Assembly: GCA_963741055.1 (NCBI GenBank)
Contig: CAVUGU010000031.1
Location: 3,963 to 67,962 of the forward strand
Direction of reading: 5' to 3'
From: an uncultured Acidimicrobiales bacterium
GTDB taxonomy: Bacteria > Actinomycetota > Acidimicrobiia > Acidimicrobiales > RAAP-2
DNA: 64,000 nt
Below the pieces are notes generated by a model. It saw only the letters and a list, made by a program, of their open reading frames with translations. It was not told the DNA's origin and did not search any database. Made by a program: the position numbers and the translations under genes. How positions within the stretch are numbered: position 1 is the stretch's first letter; each line of letters opens with the position of its first letter. Of the stretch, positions 1-10,550 are shown in pieces.

Positions 1-238
1 CTTCGAGGGCGGCAACGCCCATCTCGTCGAGGTGACCCTCGCGGAGGATTCGCCCGCGGCCGGGGTGACCATCGCCGACCTCGGCGTCCCGCGAAACGCC
101 ACGCTGGTCGCGGTGGTGCGCGGCGACCGGCTGATCGTCCCCCGTGGCGACACCCGACTGAGCGTCGGCGACGAGGTGCTCGCCCTGGTGACCTCGGACG
201 CGGAGGACATGGTGCAGCACCTGCTCGTCGGACGTTGA
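1..238 (+). CDS. 3' fragment of a TrkA-type K+ transport component (TrkA-C / RCK C-terminal domain); the start lies upstream of the window
   Basis: The frame is open to the window edge. ...GVTIADLGVPRNATLVAVVRGDRLIVPRGDTRLSVGDEVLALV... is the classic TrkA-C pattern. Stop at 236-238. Confidence 0.6.
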   Translation, partial: FEGGNAHLVEVTLAEDSPAAGVTIADLGVPRNATLVAVVRGDRLIVPRGDTRLSVGDEVLALVTSDAEDMVQHLLVGR

Positions 239-242
239 CGCG

Positions 243-1029
243 ATGCAGGCGGCCTTCTTCGACCTCGACAAGACGGTGATCGCCAAGGCGTCGATCGCCG
301 CCTTCGGCCGGCCCTTCTACCGGGGCGGGCTGGTCAACCGCCGGCTCATCCTCCGCTCGTTGGTCTCACAGATCATCTACCTCCACCTCGGAGCGAGCGA
401 GCAGAAGCTCGCCCGGGTGCGCGAGTCGATGCTGACCCTCACCAAGGGTTGGGACCGTGAACAGATCCGCGAGATCGTCCGCGAAGCGCTGGAGGACACC
501 GTCGAGCCGATCATCTACGCCGAGGCGCTCGACCTGATCGAGGCCCACCGGGCGGCAGGTCACAAGGTGTACCTGGTCTCCGCGTCGCCCGAGGAGATCG
601 TCGAGCCGCTCGCCGAGCACCTGGCCGTCGACGGGTGCATCGCGAACGCGGGCGGTGGTCGACGAAGAGGGGCGTTACTCCGGCGAGACCGAGTTCTACG
701 CGTACGGCCCCTTCAAGGCGGAGGCGATGCGGCGGATCGCGGAAGAAGAAGGCATCGACTTGGAGGAGTCGTCCGCCTACTCGGACTCCTACACCGATCT
801 CCCGATGCTCGAAGCGGTCGGCCGGCCGGTCGTCGTCAACCCCGACCGGGTCCTGGCAAAGATCGCTCGCGAACGCGAGTGGGAGGTCATGCAGTTCAGC
901 AAACCGGTACGCCTACGCGATCGCGTCCCCGTACCGAGCCTGCAGATAACCGCGGCCGCCGGCATCGGTGCGGCGGCATCGATCGGCGCGCTGGTGCTCT
1001 GGCGGATGACCCGACGGGCGCACGCGTAG
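243..1029 (+). CDS. HAD-IB family hydrolase (SerB-like); reading frame broken once near 645
   Basis: Carries the FFDLDKTV nucleophile motif, VYLVSASP, SDSYTDLPMLE and a C-terminal TM helix. The N-part is in the frame of ORF 243.. and the C-part in the frame of ORF 655..1029. Removing one A in ATCGCGAACGCG restores ...IATRAVVDEEGRY. The Arg-rich tail of ORF 243..1286 is nonsense. Confidence 0.75.
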
Positions 1030-1097
1030 ATTCGCGGCGCGCCTCCGCGCGACGACTCCGGCTGGGCCCGAAGCGTCGCCGGTCGCGGAGACGTCGC

Positions 1098-1172
1098 TCA
1101 GGTGGAGCGAAGGCGCTTGGCCGCGACGAAACCGAGGGCGATGAGGATGGCGAGGATCAGCAGCTTCTTCAT
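1098..1172 (-). CDS. Possible 24-aa single-TM peptide (MKKLLILAILIALGFVAAKRLRST)
   Basis: ATG at 1172-1170 and stop at 1098. It is only visible as the tail of the spurious ORF 1098..1796. The peptide is a hydrophobic helix plus a basic tail. No family was recognised. Confidence 0.35.
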   Translation of the reverse strand: MKKLLILAILIALGFVAAKRLRST

Positions 1173-1275
1173 GGGGCTCGATCGTACCGGCTCCACATCG
1201 GGTGCGCTCCCGGCGCGACCGACGTGGTGACGATCCGCTGCCGGTCGGGGCGGAGATGCTCCGCCGAGGGCCGGA

Positions 1276-2373
<1,098 letters not shown>

Positions 2374-2440
2374 AGCTCCCTTCCTGCCAGCGGGTATGTC
2401 GCAATCCGGCCGTGCACGGGGTCGCCTGACGGAGCCTCGC

Positions 2441-3085
2441 TCAATCGAGCGGCACCGTGTCCGGGAACGCGACCAGTCCCTGCCGGGCGCCCGCCGCGAC
2501 CACCAGCGACTCGAGGTGCTGCTGGAACTGGTAGACGGCCTCGACGTCGTGGGGCCGGGTCACCAGGCGCTGCACCAGCCGCTCGCCGGCGTGCCAGTCC
2601 TCGGTCTCGTCGTGCAAGACGAGGCGGAGTGCGCGCAGGACCGGGCCGTCGGTGATCGGGCTCGCGACCCGCAGATGGCGCACGTAGGTCGTCACCAGAC
2701 GGGGAAGGATCACCCGGTACATCGCGGCCAGCCTCGGCAACGCACCGGGAGGGCCTTCTCCTCCGGGAAGCTCGTCACCTTCGAGCGCCGCGAACAACGC
2801 CTGGGTCGGGCGCGACGGCACGCTCAACCGCTCGGCGTCGACACCGGCCAACACCGGCAGGCGTTCGGCCCAGAGCTCGGCGTGCCACGCGTGCCGCATG
2901 CTCTGCGCGTCGACTTGGAGCTGCACCGCGGGGATCGGCATGTCGACGACCCACGACCCGAGCGTCGAATAGAGGGTGCTCTCGATGAACCGGTACTCGC
3001 CGACGAGCGCCGCGGTCACCCCGAGGGTGAGGACCGAGGCGTCCGCTCCCGCCCGGTCCGTCGCGTGGAGGGCCGGGTCATCCAA
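2441..3085 (-). CDS. Conserved-looking hypothetical protein (helical; function unknown)
   Basis: Clean high-GC3 frame (...[16 protein letters not shown]...[13 protein letters not shown]...). A TTG start at 3085 is preceded by GAGGAGG (3101-3095). In the ORF track it appears fused to the nadE 3' part (ORF 2441..3631). Confidence 0.45.
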   Translation of the reverse strand: MDDPALHATDRAGADASVLTLGVTAALVGEYRFIESTLYSTLGSWVVDMPIPAVQLQVDAQSMRHAWHAELWAERLPVLAGVDAERLSVPSRPTQALFAALEGDELPGGEGPPGALPRLAAMYRVILPRLVTTYVRHLRVASPITDGPVLRALRLVLHDETEDWHAGERLVQRLVTRPHDVEAVYQFQQHLESLVVAAGARQGLVAFPDTVPLD

Positions 3086-4853
3086 CCTCGGGGGCCTCCT
3101 CGCCGGTCGCGCCCTTCGCCACGCCGCGCGCAGTGCCGACCGGTGCGGTACTCGGTTGGTGATGGGCATCCGCCGGTCGCGCCCGAAGGCCTTCGTCGAG
3201 ATGCGCACCCCTGGCGGCATCTGGCGGCGCTTGTACTCGGCCCGGTCGACGAGCTCGACCACACGTCCGACCACCGCGGGATCGTAGCCCTCCGCGATCA
3301 AGTCGTCGGCGGACCGATCGCCCTCGACGTAGCCCGCGATCACCGGGTCGAGGACCGGGTAGGGCGGGAGCGATTCCTCGTCGCGCTGGTCGGGCCGCAA
3401 CTCGGCCGAAGGCGCTTTGGTCAGGATCGGTTCGGGAACGAGATCGAAGCCGGCGATCTTGTTCCGGTGCAGACAGAGCTCGTAGACGAGGGTCTTCGGC
3501 ACGTCCTTGATCACCGCGAACCCACCTGCCGAGTCGCCGTAGAGGGTCGAGTACCCCGTCGCCATCTCGCTCTTGTTGCCGGTGGTGAGGACGATCCATC
3601 CGTTGGCGTTGGAGAGCGCCATGAGCAGCACGCCGCGCAGACGTGACTGCAGGTTCTCGTCGGTGAGCCCGGCGGGTTCGGAGCCGATGGCGGGGGCGAG
3701 CGTCGAGGCGAACTCGCGGTGAACGGGCTCGATGCGCGAGGTTGGTCACCTCGATGTCGAGGTTGGCGCCGAGTGCGACCGCGTCCGTGATCGAACCCTC
3801 GCTCGAGTACCGAGAGGGCATGGTCACTCCGTGCACGTGCTCCGCCCCGAGCGCGTCGACCGCGATGGTGGCGACCAGCGAGGAGTCGATCCCACCGGAG
3901 AGCCCGATCACCGCGTCGGAGAAACCGTTCTTCGAGACGTAGTCGCGGGTGCCGAGGACGAGCGCCTCGTAGACCTCCTCTTCGGGTCCGAGCACCGGAG
4001 CGAGAAAGGGCGCGAGCGGCGCCAGTCCCTCCGACCGGGAGACCCCGCTCACGAATCACCGCGTCCGCGTGGGTGCCCCCGCCGGTTCCCCGACGGCCGC
4101 TCGCCGCGCGGGGCGCCTCGACGTCGACGAGCAGCACCTCCTCTTCGAATTGACGAGCGGAGCCGAGCAGCTCGCCGTCGGCGCCCATCACGAGGGACGC
4201 ACCGTCGAACACCAGCTCGTCCTGGCCACCGACCTGGTTCACGTAGACGATCGGGCAGCCGGTCTCGGCCACCCGTTCGGCGAGCACCGCCAGACGCTCC
4301 TCACGCCGGCCCCGCGAGTAGGGGGAGGCGTTGAGATTGACCAGCACCCGCGCACCGGCATCCGCCTCCTCGCACATCGGTCCGTTCTCGAACCACATGT
4401 CCTCGCAGACCGACATCCCGACCGCCACGCCGCCCACCACGAAGGAGAGGGGGCCGCCGCGGCCCGGGACGAACCAGCGCTCCTCGTCGAAGACGCCGTA
4501 ATTAGGGAGTATCCGCTTGTGGTAGCTCCCGAGGATCCGTCCTCCCGCACAGAGCGACGCCGCGTTGAGCAGCCGCCCGGTCGGGGTCACGGTCGACGTG
4601 ACCGACCACCGCCGCGCAGGCCCGGGTGGAGGCGGCCACCTCTGCGAGCGCCGCCAGGTTGTCGTCGACGAAGGAGGCACGCCCGAGCAGGTCCTCGGGC
4701 GGGTAGCCGGTCACCGCGAGCTCGGGGAAGACCGCCAGGTCCGCGCCGGCACGCTCCGCCTCGTCGAGCGCGGCGAGAATCCGTCCGGCGTTGCCCGACA
4801 GCGTCGCCCACCACCGTGTTCACCTGGCACGCGGCCACCCGGATGCGGTCCAC
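3078..4853 (-). pseudogene. nadE: Glutamine-dependent NAD+ synthetase NadE; 4-5 frame breaks as sequenced
   Basis: The N-terminal CN-hydrolase part reads MDRIRVAACQVNTVVGD / GNAGRILAALDEAERAGADLAVFPELAVTGYPPEDLL / LPNYGVFDEERWF / SVCEDMWF. The synthetase part reads [13 protein letters not shown] (SGGxDS), [23 protein letters not shown]. The pieces lie in ORFs 4587..4853, 4502..4714, 3511..4680, 3078..4052 and 2441..3631. The breaks are near 4795 (extra G in a GGG run), 4600, 4045, 3735 and probably 3140. Confidence 0.85.
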
Positions 4854-4927
4854 CGGTCGTCAGCCTACCGGCGCCTTCATCAGGGCTTTCCTCCCGTCAC
4901 TGCCCCGGCGGGCCGAGTTCATCGGGC

Positions 4928-4944
4928 GTTCACGATCGCGAAAC
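4928..4944. promoter_or_regulatory. Candidate GlnR box (GTTCAC-N6-GAAAC) upstream of glnII
   Basis: GTTCACGATCGCGAAAC lies about 175 bp upstream of the glnII start. It matches the actinobacterial GlnR a-site/b-site layout (gTnAc-n6-GaAAc) loosely. Only a single box was found. Confidence 0.3.
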
Positions 4945-5119
4945 GGTCGCGACATCGCGGCCTGGAAGAGTGGATCGCGACGCGGTGACGCCGCCGGAGG
5001 TTCGGTAGGCCGATGGTAGGTTCGCTTCGCGCCGGAGCCGACCGGCCCGACGAGGGGCGCCCGGACCGAACCTGCCCATGCGGCCGCGCATCGGGCACCG
5101 CGACCGAGGAGAGAGAAAG

Positions 5120-6133
5120 TTGCCGTACCAAGCCGAGTACATCTGGATCGACGGAACCGAGCCGTCACCGCTGCTGCGGAGCAAGACCAGGGTCGTCCCC
5201 GACGGGGAGGAGCCCGGTATCTGGGGCTTCGACGGCTCGAGCACCAACCAGGCGCTCGGCCACGATTCCGACTGCGTGCTCCAACCGGTGTTCAGCTGTC
5301 CCGACCCGCTCCGCGGACCGGGGGACCGCCTGGTGATGTGCGAGGTCCTCCTCACCGACTTCACCCCACACCCCACCAACACCCGCTGCAAGCTCCGCGA
5401 GGTGGTGGAGAAGTACGAGTCCTTCGAGCCCTGGTTCGGGATCGAGCAGGAGTACACCTTCTTCAAGGACGGCCGTCCGCTCGGCTGGCCGTCCGCGGGT
5501 TACCCGGCGCCCCAGGGCCCCTACTACTGCGGCGTCGGCGGCGACAAGATGCCCGGGCGCGAGATCGTCGAGCTCCACACTGCGGCGTGCATCGACGCCG
5601 GCCTCTCGATCGAGGGGACCAACGCCGAGGTGATGATGGGGCAGTGGGAGTTCCAGATCGGGGTGCTCCCCCCGATCGAGCTCTCCGACCAGCTCTGGGT
5701 GGCCCGCTGGCTCCTCTTCCGGATCGCCGAGGACTTCGGCGTCTGGGCGACGCTCGAGCCGAAGCCGATCCTCGGGGACTGGAACGGCGCCGGGGCCCAC
5801 ACCAACTTCTCGACCAAGGCGATGCGTGAGGACGGTGGCTGGGAGGCGATCATCGCGGGCTGCGAGGCGCTCGCGAAGAAGGTCGACGAGCACATCGCGG
5901 TCTACGGCGTGGGGATCGAGACGCGCCTGACCGGCGCCCACGAGACCGCCCACTTCGAGAAGTTCACCTACGGGACCTCCGACCGGGGCGCGTCGATCCG
6001 CATCCCCTGGGCGACCGCCAAGGACAAGCACGGGTGGATCGAGGACCGGCGGCCCAACGCCAACATGGACCCCTACGAGGTGACCGCGGTCATGGTCGAC
6101 ACCGTCTGCTCCGACGCGGCCGCGTCGGGCTGA
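5120..6133 (+). CDS. glnII: Glutamine synthetase type II (eukaryote-like GSII)
   Basis: ...YIWIDG...WGFDGSSTNQA...CEV...FGIEQEYTFF...YYCGVG...GTNAEVMMGQWEFQIG...NGAGAHTNFS...SIRIP... is typical of GSII at about 340 aa. A TTG at 5120 behind GGAGAGAGAAAG is preferred over the ORF-track start at 5078. Confidence 0.9.
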   Translation: MPYQAEYIWIDGTEPSPLLRSKTRVVPDGEEPGIWGFDGSSTNQALGHDSDCVLQPVFSCPDPLRGPGDRLVMCEVLLTDFTPHPTNTRCKLREVVEKYESFEPWFGIEQEYTFFKDGRPLGWPSAGYPAPQGPYYCGVGGDKMPGREIVELHTAACIDAGLSIEGTNAEVMMGQWEFQIGVLPPIELSDQLWVARWLLFRIAEDFGVWATLEPKPILGDWNGAGAHTNFSTKAMREDGGWEAIIAGCEALAKKVDEHIAVYGVGIETRLTGAHETAHFEKFTYGTSDRGASIRIPWATAKDKHGWIEDRRPNANMDPYEVTAVMVDTVCSDAAASG

Positions 6134-6287
6134 GCAGGGAGCGTCGGCCACGGCGACGGGCGGCGAGCCGCTCCCGGTCGTCGCGGCCGACCCGCGTGGG
6201 AACTGCCCCGGCGGTCCCGCGCGGGTGGCGGGATCCGGTCCGGTCGGGGCCACGGTTCGACCCGGTCGCACCGGCCCTGCGAGAATG

Positions 6288-6324
6288 AGTGGATCGACCA
6301 GGCACCGCGAGACCGCGATCCACT
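6288..6324. promoter_or_regulatory. 9-bp perfect inverted repeat (AGTGGATCG-N19-CGATCCACT) abutting the glnA start
   Basis: The arms are at 6288-6296 and 6316-6324. The left arm plus one flanking base (GAGTGGATCG) recurs upstream of glnII at 4968-4977. Confidence 0.35.
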
Positions 6325-6325
6325 G

Positions 6326-7714
6326 GTGCCCGACGAGGTACCGGGGGTGATCAGGAGCCAGGAGGAGTACGTCCTCCGGACGGTGGAAGAGCGCGGCATC
6401 CGCTTCGTCCAGCTCTGGTTCACCGACGTGCTCGGCACCCCGAAGACCTTCTCGATCACCCCCGCCGAACTCGAGAACGCGCTCGACGAAGGGATGACCT
6501 TCGACGGCTCCGCGATCGACGGCTTCAGCCGGGTGCAGGAGAGCGACGTCCTCGCCCGGCCGGATGCGAGCACCTTCCAGCTCCTCCCCTGGCACGGTCA
6601 CGGGCACGGGCACACCAACGGCGACGAGCCCGAAGCCGAGGTGGCCCGGGTCTTCTGCGACATCGTCGACCTCGACGGCTCCCCGTTCCAGGGCTGTCCG
6701 CGCCACGTGCTCCGCCGGACCCTCCAGCGCGCCCGCGAACGGGGCTTCACCTTCTACGCCTCACCGGAGATCGAGTACTTCTACTTCGCCGACAGCGACC
6801 CCGGCCACCCCCCGACGACCCTCGACAGCGGCTCGTACTTCGAGCTCACCGTCGCCGACCGGGCGAGCGACATCCGCCAGCGCACCGTGCTCACCCTCGA
6901 GGAGATGGGGATCCCGGTCGAGCACGCCCAGCACGAGGACGCCCCGTCCCAGCACGAGATCGACCTGCGCTACACCGACGCCCTGACCATGGCCGACACC
7001 GTCATGACCGTGCGGCTGGTGGTGAAGGAGATGGCCCGCCAGCAAGGTGTGTCCGCCAGCTTCATGCCGAAGCCACTCGCCGGCGTGCAGGGCTCGGGTA
7101 TGCACACCCACCTCTCGCTCTTCCGCGACGAGGCCAACGCCTTCGTCGACACCGATCGGCCGGGGGGCCTCTCGGAGGTCGCCGAGGGATTCATCGCCGG
7201 GCTCCTCCGCCACGCCGGGGAGATCACCGCGGTGACCAACCAGTGGGTCAACTCGTACAAGCGGCTGGTGTCGGGGTACGAGGCCCCGATCCACGTCTCG
7301 TGGGCGCGCAACAACCGGTCGGCGCTGGTGAGGGTGCCGGTCGTGAAGCCGGGCAAGCTCGAGTCGACCCGCGTCGAGTTCCGATCGCCCGACAGCGCCT
7401 GCAACCCCTACCTCGCCTTCGCGGTCATGCTGGCCGCGGGTCTCCACGGGATCGAGCAGGGCTACGAGCTCCCGCCGGAGACCGACGCCAACCTCTTCGA
7501 CCTCGCGCCGGACGAGCTGATGGCGAAGGGCATCCTCCACCTCCCCGGCACCCTCCAAGAGGCGCTCGTCCTGATGGAGACCTCCGAGCTGGTCGCCACC
7601 ACTCTCGGCGACCACGTCTTCGAATGGTTCCTGCGCAACAAGCGCGCCGAGTGGGACCTCTACCGCGCTCATGTGACCCAGTTCGAGCTCGACCGCTACC
7701 TTCCTCTGCTGTAG
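6326..7714 (+). CDS. glnA: Glutamine synthetase type I
   Basis: IRFVQLWFTDVLGTPKTF, FDGSAIDGF, EIEYFYF, HEDAPSQHEID, PKPLAGVQGSGMHTHLSL, SWARNNRSALVRVP are seen in an intact 462-aa frame. An alternative GTG start is at 6347. Confidence 0.9.
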   Translation: MPDEVPGVIRSQEEYVLRTVEERGIRFVQLWFTDVLGTPKTFSITPAELENALDEGMTFDGSAIDGFSRVQESDVLARPDASTFQLLPWHGHGHGHTNGDEPEAEVARVFCDIVDLDGSPFQGCPRHVLRRTLQRARERGFTFYASPEIEYFYFADSDPGHPPTTLDSGSYFELTVADRASDIRQRTVLTLEEMGIPVEHAQHEDAPSQHEIDLRYTDALTMADTVMTVRLVVKEMARQQGVSASFMPKPLAGVQGSGMHTHLSLFRDEANAFVDTDRPGGLSEVAEGFIAGLLRHAGEITAVTNQWVNSYKRLVSGYEAPIHVSWARNNRSALVRVPVVKPGKLESTRVEFRSPDSACNPYLAFAVMLAAGLHGIEQGYELPPETDANLFDLAPDELMAKGILHLPGTLQEALVLMETSELVATTLGDHVFEWFLRNKRAEWDLYRAHVTQFELDRYLPLL

Positions 7715-7783
7715 TTGGGCGAATTGGTCGACACGAGCGTCGAATCCGGCCTCGCCGGCAGAGCGGGAAGGGGGAGGAACACA

Positions 7784-8464
7784 GTGGAACCATTGCTGTG
7801 CTATCCCCCACAGCCGCCGGTCTCGGTGGTCGCGGTGCTCGATCGGGCCGGCTATCCCTTCGAGGGGATCGCCGGTCCGGAGGCGGCCGACGACGCGGAG
7901 CCCGAAGGCGGCTGGTCGGGTGCGGTGATCTGCAGCGGCACCGACCCGATCGGCGCGTTCCTCCTCTGCCGGCACCTGCGCAAGCGCGAGGTCCCGCTCG
8001 CACCGGTGCTCGTCGTCGTCCCTCCCGAACAGCTCGGAGAGCTCGAGTTGCGCGAGGACCTCTTCGACGACCTCTGCCTCGAGCCGGTCAATGCGGAGGA
8101 GCTCACCGCCCGGCTCGCGCACCTCTTCTGGCGGACCGGAAAGGGCCTCCGCCCCGACCTGATCGAGCACGGGCCGCTCGTGCTCAATCTCGAGACGTAC
8201 CAGGCGGCGGTGGCCGGGAAGGTGCTCGACCTCACCTACATGGAGTACGAGTTGCTCAGGTTCCTCAGCGCCCGACCGGGGAAGGTGTTCACCCGCGAGA
8301 CGCTGCTCAGCAGGGTGTGGGGCTACGAGTACTACGGAGGCGCGCGCACTGTCGACGTCCACGTGCGGAGGCTCCGCGCCAAGCTCGGCGAGGAGCACGC
8401 GCACCTCATCCAGACGGTGCGGTCGGTCGGCTACCGCTTCGGTCAGACCAGCTGGATGCCTTGA
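7784..8464 (+). CDS. glnR: OmpR-family orphan response regulator, GlnR-like nitrogen regulator
   Basis: The C-terminal winged helix reads LDLTYMEYELLRFL...FTRETLLSRVWGYEYYGGARTVDVHVRRLRAKLGEEHAHLIQTVRSVGYRF. The receiver half is degenerate. The gene lies directly downstream of glnII-glnA. A GTG at 7784 sits behind GGGGAGGA. Confidence 0.7.
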   Translation: MEPLLCYPPQPPVSVVAVLDRAGYPFEGIAGPEAADDAEPEGGWSGAVICSGTDPIGAFLLCRHLRKREVPLAPVLVVVPPEQLGELELREDLFDDLCLEPVNAEELTARLAHLFWRTGKGLRPDLIEHGPLVLNLETYQAAVAGKVLDLTYMEYELLRFLSARPGKVFTRETLLSRVWGYEYYGGARTVDVHVRRLRAKLGEEHAHLIQTVRSVGYRFGQTSWMP

Positions 8465-8483
8465 GCGGCGCGCCCCTCGGGTT

Positions 8484-8852
8484 TCAGCGCCCCTCGAGGT
8501 AGGCCCAGACCTCGACTTCGACGAGCGCGCCGAGGGGGAGCCCGGCAACCGCCACCATCGAGCGGGCCGGGCGGAAGTCCCCGAAGAAGGCAACGTACGC
8601 TTCGTTGACCGCGGCCGCGTCGGCCATGTCGGTGAGGAAGACCGTCGTCTTGACCACCTCGGCGCGAGTGGCCCCGTGACCCCGCAAGAGACCCTCCGCG
8701 TTGGCGAGCGCGGCGCTGAGTTGGCCGGCGGCGCCACCGTCGACGAAGGTCGGTGCTTCGCCCGGCTCGGAACGGAGACCGAGCTGGCCCGAGCAGATCA
8801 GCCAAGGTCCCGCGGTCACGATCGGGGAGTACGGACCCATGGCAGTGCTCAT
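8484..8852 (-). CDS. RidA/YjgF family reactive-intermediate deaminase
   Basis: 122 aa: GPYSPIVTAGPWLICSGQLG...VKTTVFLTDMADAAAVNEAY...PARSMVAVAGLPLGALVEVEVWA. Confidence 0.85.
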   Translation of the reverse strand: MSTAMGPYSPIVTAGPWLICSGQLGLRSEPGEAPTFVDGGAAGQLSAALANAEGLLRGHGATRAEVVKTTVFLTDMADAAAVNEAYVAFFGDFRPARSMVAVAGLPLGALVEVEVWAYLEGR

Positions 8853-8907
8853 CGGTGCTCCTCGCTCTCGGTGCGGCTCTGCGGACAGCGTCAGCCTAGG
8901 CAGCAGA

Positions 8908-10538
8908 TCAGCGGCGACCGCCGCCCGAACGGTCGGTCGGCCACGTCGGTGGCGCGCCGTCGGCGAGCCACCGGGCCGCTGCGACCGCGGCGAACACCGC
9001 GTCCGATCCGTTGACGGCACGTTCTCCCGACCGAATCGATCGTCACCTCGACACGTGGCATCGCACGTGCCTGGAGGATGCCGAACGACCGGATGGTGAG
9101 GTCGCGCACCTCACCCTGGTCGTCGACGGAGATGCCCTCCGAACGCACCAGGCCGAGGGCTTGGTGCGCGGCACCGATGCAGAACGAGCGCAGGACGACG
9201 TCGTCGCCGGCCGGACCCGCGTCGACGACGATCTCGATCGAGCCGTCGGAGCGGCAGGTGGCCACCGCCCGACCGCCGGTCGGTCCGGTCACCTCGACCG
9301 GAACGTCGGTCTGCCGCTCGCCACAGATCGCGCCGTGGCGCGCCGGCGACCGACAGCGCGGCCGCTTCCGCCCACACCGCCGCACGGGGATCGAGGGAGA
9401 GGGGCGGTCCGGGCAACCCAACCTGTTCGAGGACGACGCCCGGCGCGGTCCTCGCGACTCGGTCGACGAGTGCTCGGCCCACTCGTCGGGAGGAAAGCCC
9501 CCCGCAGTGGGTGCGCCGACCCGGAGCACACCCGATCCGTCCGGCCGCACCCCTCCCGCGACCGGCGGCCGCTTCGGGCCGAGACGGACGACGTCCTCTC
9601 GCGACCAGAGGACGCGAACCGCTTCACCGCGTTCGTTCGCCAGTCTCGAGGCGTCGGCTTCGACCGGCGAGTGACGCTTCCCGCCGAAGGCCCCGCCGTT
9701 CGCGCAGGCCGACCGCGGGTGCGCCGCCCGGTACGCACCACGAGGCGTCCGGCTCGAGGTACGCCGGCTCCGCCCAGGTCGTGCGCAAGCTGAGCGCCCA
9801 GTCCCCGGCCGGGACCTCGATGGGGTGGTGAAGAGCTGCCGGGCTGCTCCGGCCCTGGACCCGCGCGGCCGCGCGCCTCGCCTCGGCCGGCGACGCGGCG
9901 ACCGCGAAGCCCCCACTCGAACTTGGCACCGCGACCGACGCGTCCGAGCGGGGTGGTGTCGTCGGCGAAGCCGGCCAGACCGAGCACGACGTCGGTCCCG
10001 ACCCGCTGCACCGCACCACCCTCGAGCGTCGCCCGAGCCCCCGCGGCCTCGAGGTCCCGATTCGAGTCGGAGGATGCGCAAGGCTCCTCTTCGTCGCGGA
10101 CGATGCGGGCCGCCTCCTCGATGGTCTGCCAACCCGTGCACCGGCAGAGGTGCGCGAGGAGTGCGCGCTCCACCTGATCTTCGGTGACGGAGGTTCGGCG
10201 AGCTGCCGGAACGACCCTCGGCCGCGAGCCGCATGACGATCCCCGGCGTGCAGAACCCGCACTGGCTCCCGCCGGAGGCGAGAAGGGCTTCGGCCCACGC
10301 GGTGCGAACCTCGTCGGCAAGCCCTTCGAGGGTGGTCACCTCGCGGCCGCCGACCCTTCGAAGAGGGGTCACGCAGGCCACCCGGGGGACACCGTCGACC
10401 CAGACCGTGCAGCAACCGCACTGGCCCTGGGGGCTGCACCCGTCCTTCACCGAGCGGAGCCGGAGCCGCTCGCGCAGCAGGTCGAGCAGGGTCGAACCGT
10501 CGTCGGGGGCTTCGACGTCCGCGCCGTTGACGCGGAGG
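8908..10538 (-). pseudogene. Xanthine dehydrogenase / aldehyde oxidase-family protein with N-terminal double [2Fe-2S] domain; at least 6 frame breaks
   Basis: LIRLRVNGADVEAPDDGSTLLDLLR...DGCSPQGQCGCCTV...GGSQCGFCTPGIVM...ALLAHLCRCTGWQ are the plant-type plus XDH-type 2Fe-2S motifs. Later pieces (FADDTTPLG, GGAFGGK, DPRAAVWAEAA, LRSFCIGAAHQALG, SDAVFAAVAAARW) are scattered over all three minus frames. The breaks are near 10210, 9910, 9710, 9470, 9340 and 9030. There is no canonical start codon (CTG/ATC) right after the erpA stop. Confidence 0.65.
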
Positions 10539-10550
10539 CGGATCAGCGGA

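Noticed and set aside
10516-10538. Non-canonical start codons (CTG or ATC) for the XDH-like gene, the SDR at 45799 and the ligase at 34411 as a biological peculiarity.
   Set aside because: All three genes lie in indel-affected regions. Lost or shifted start codons are more plausibly part of the same sequence-quality problem.
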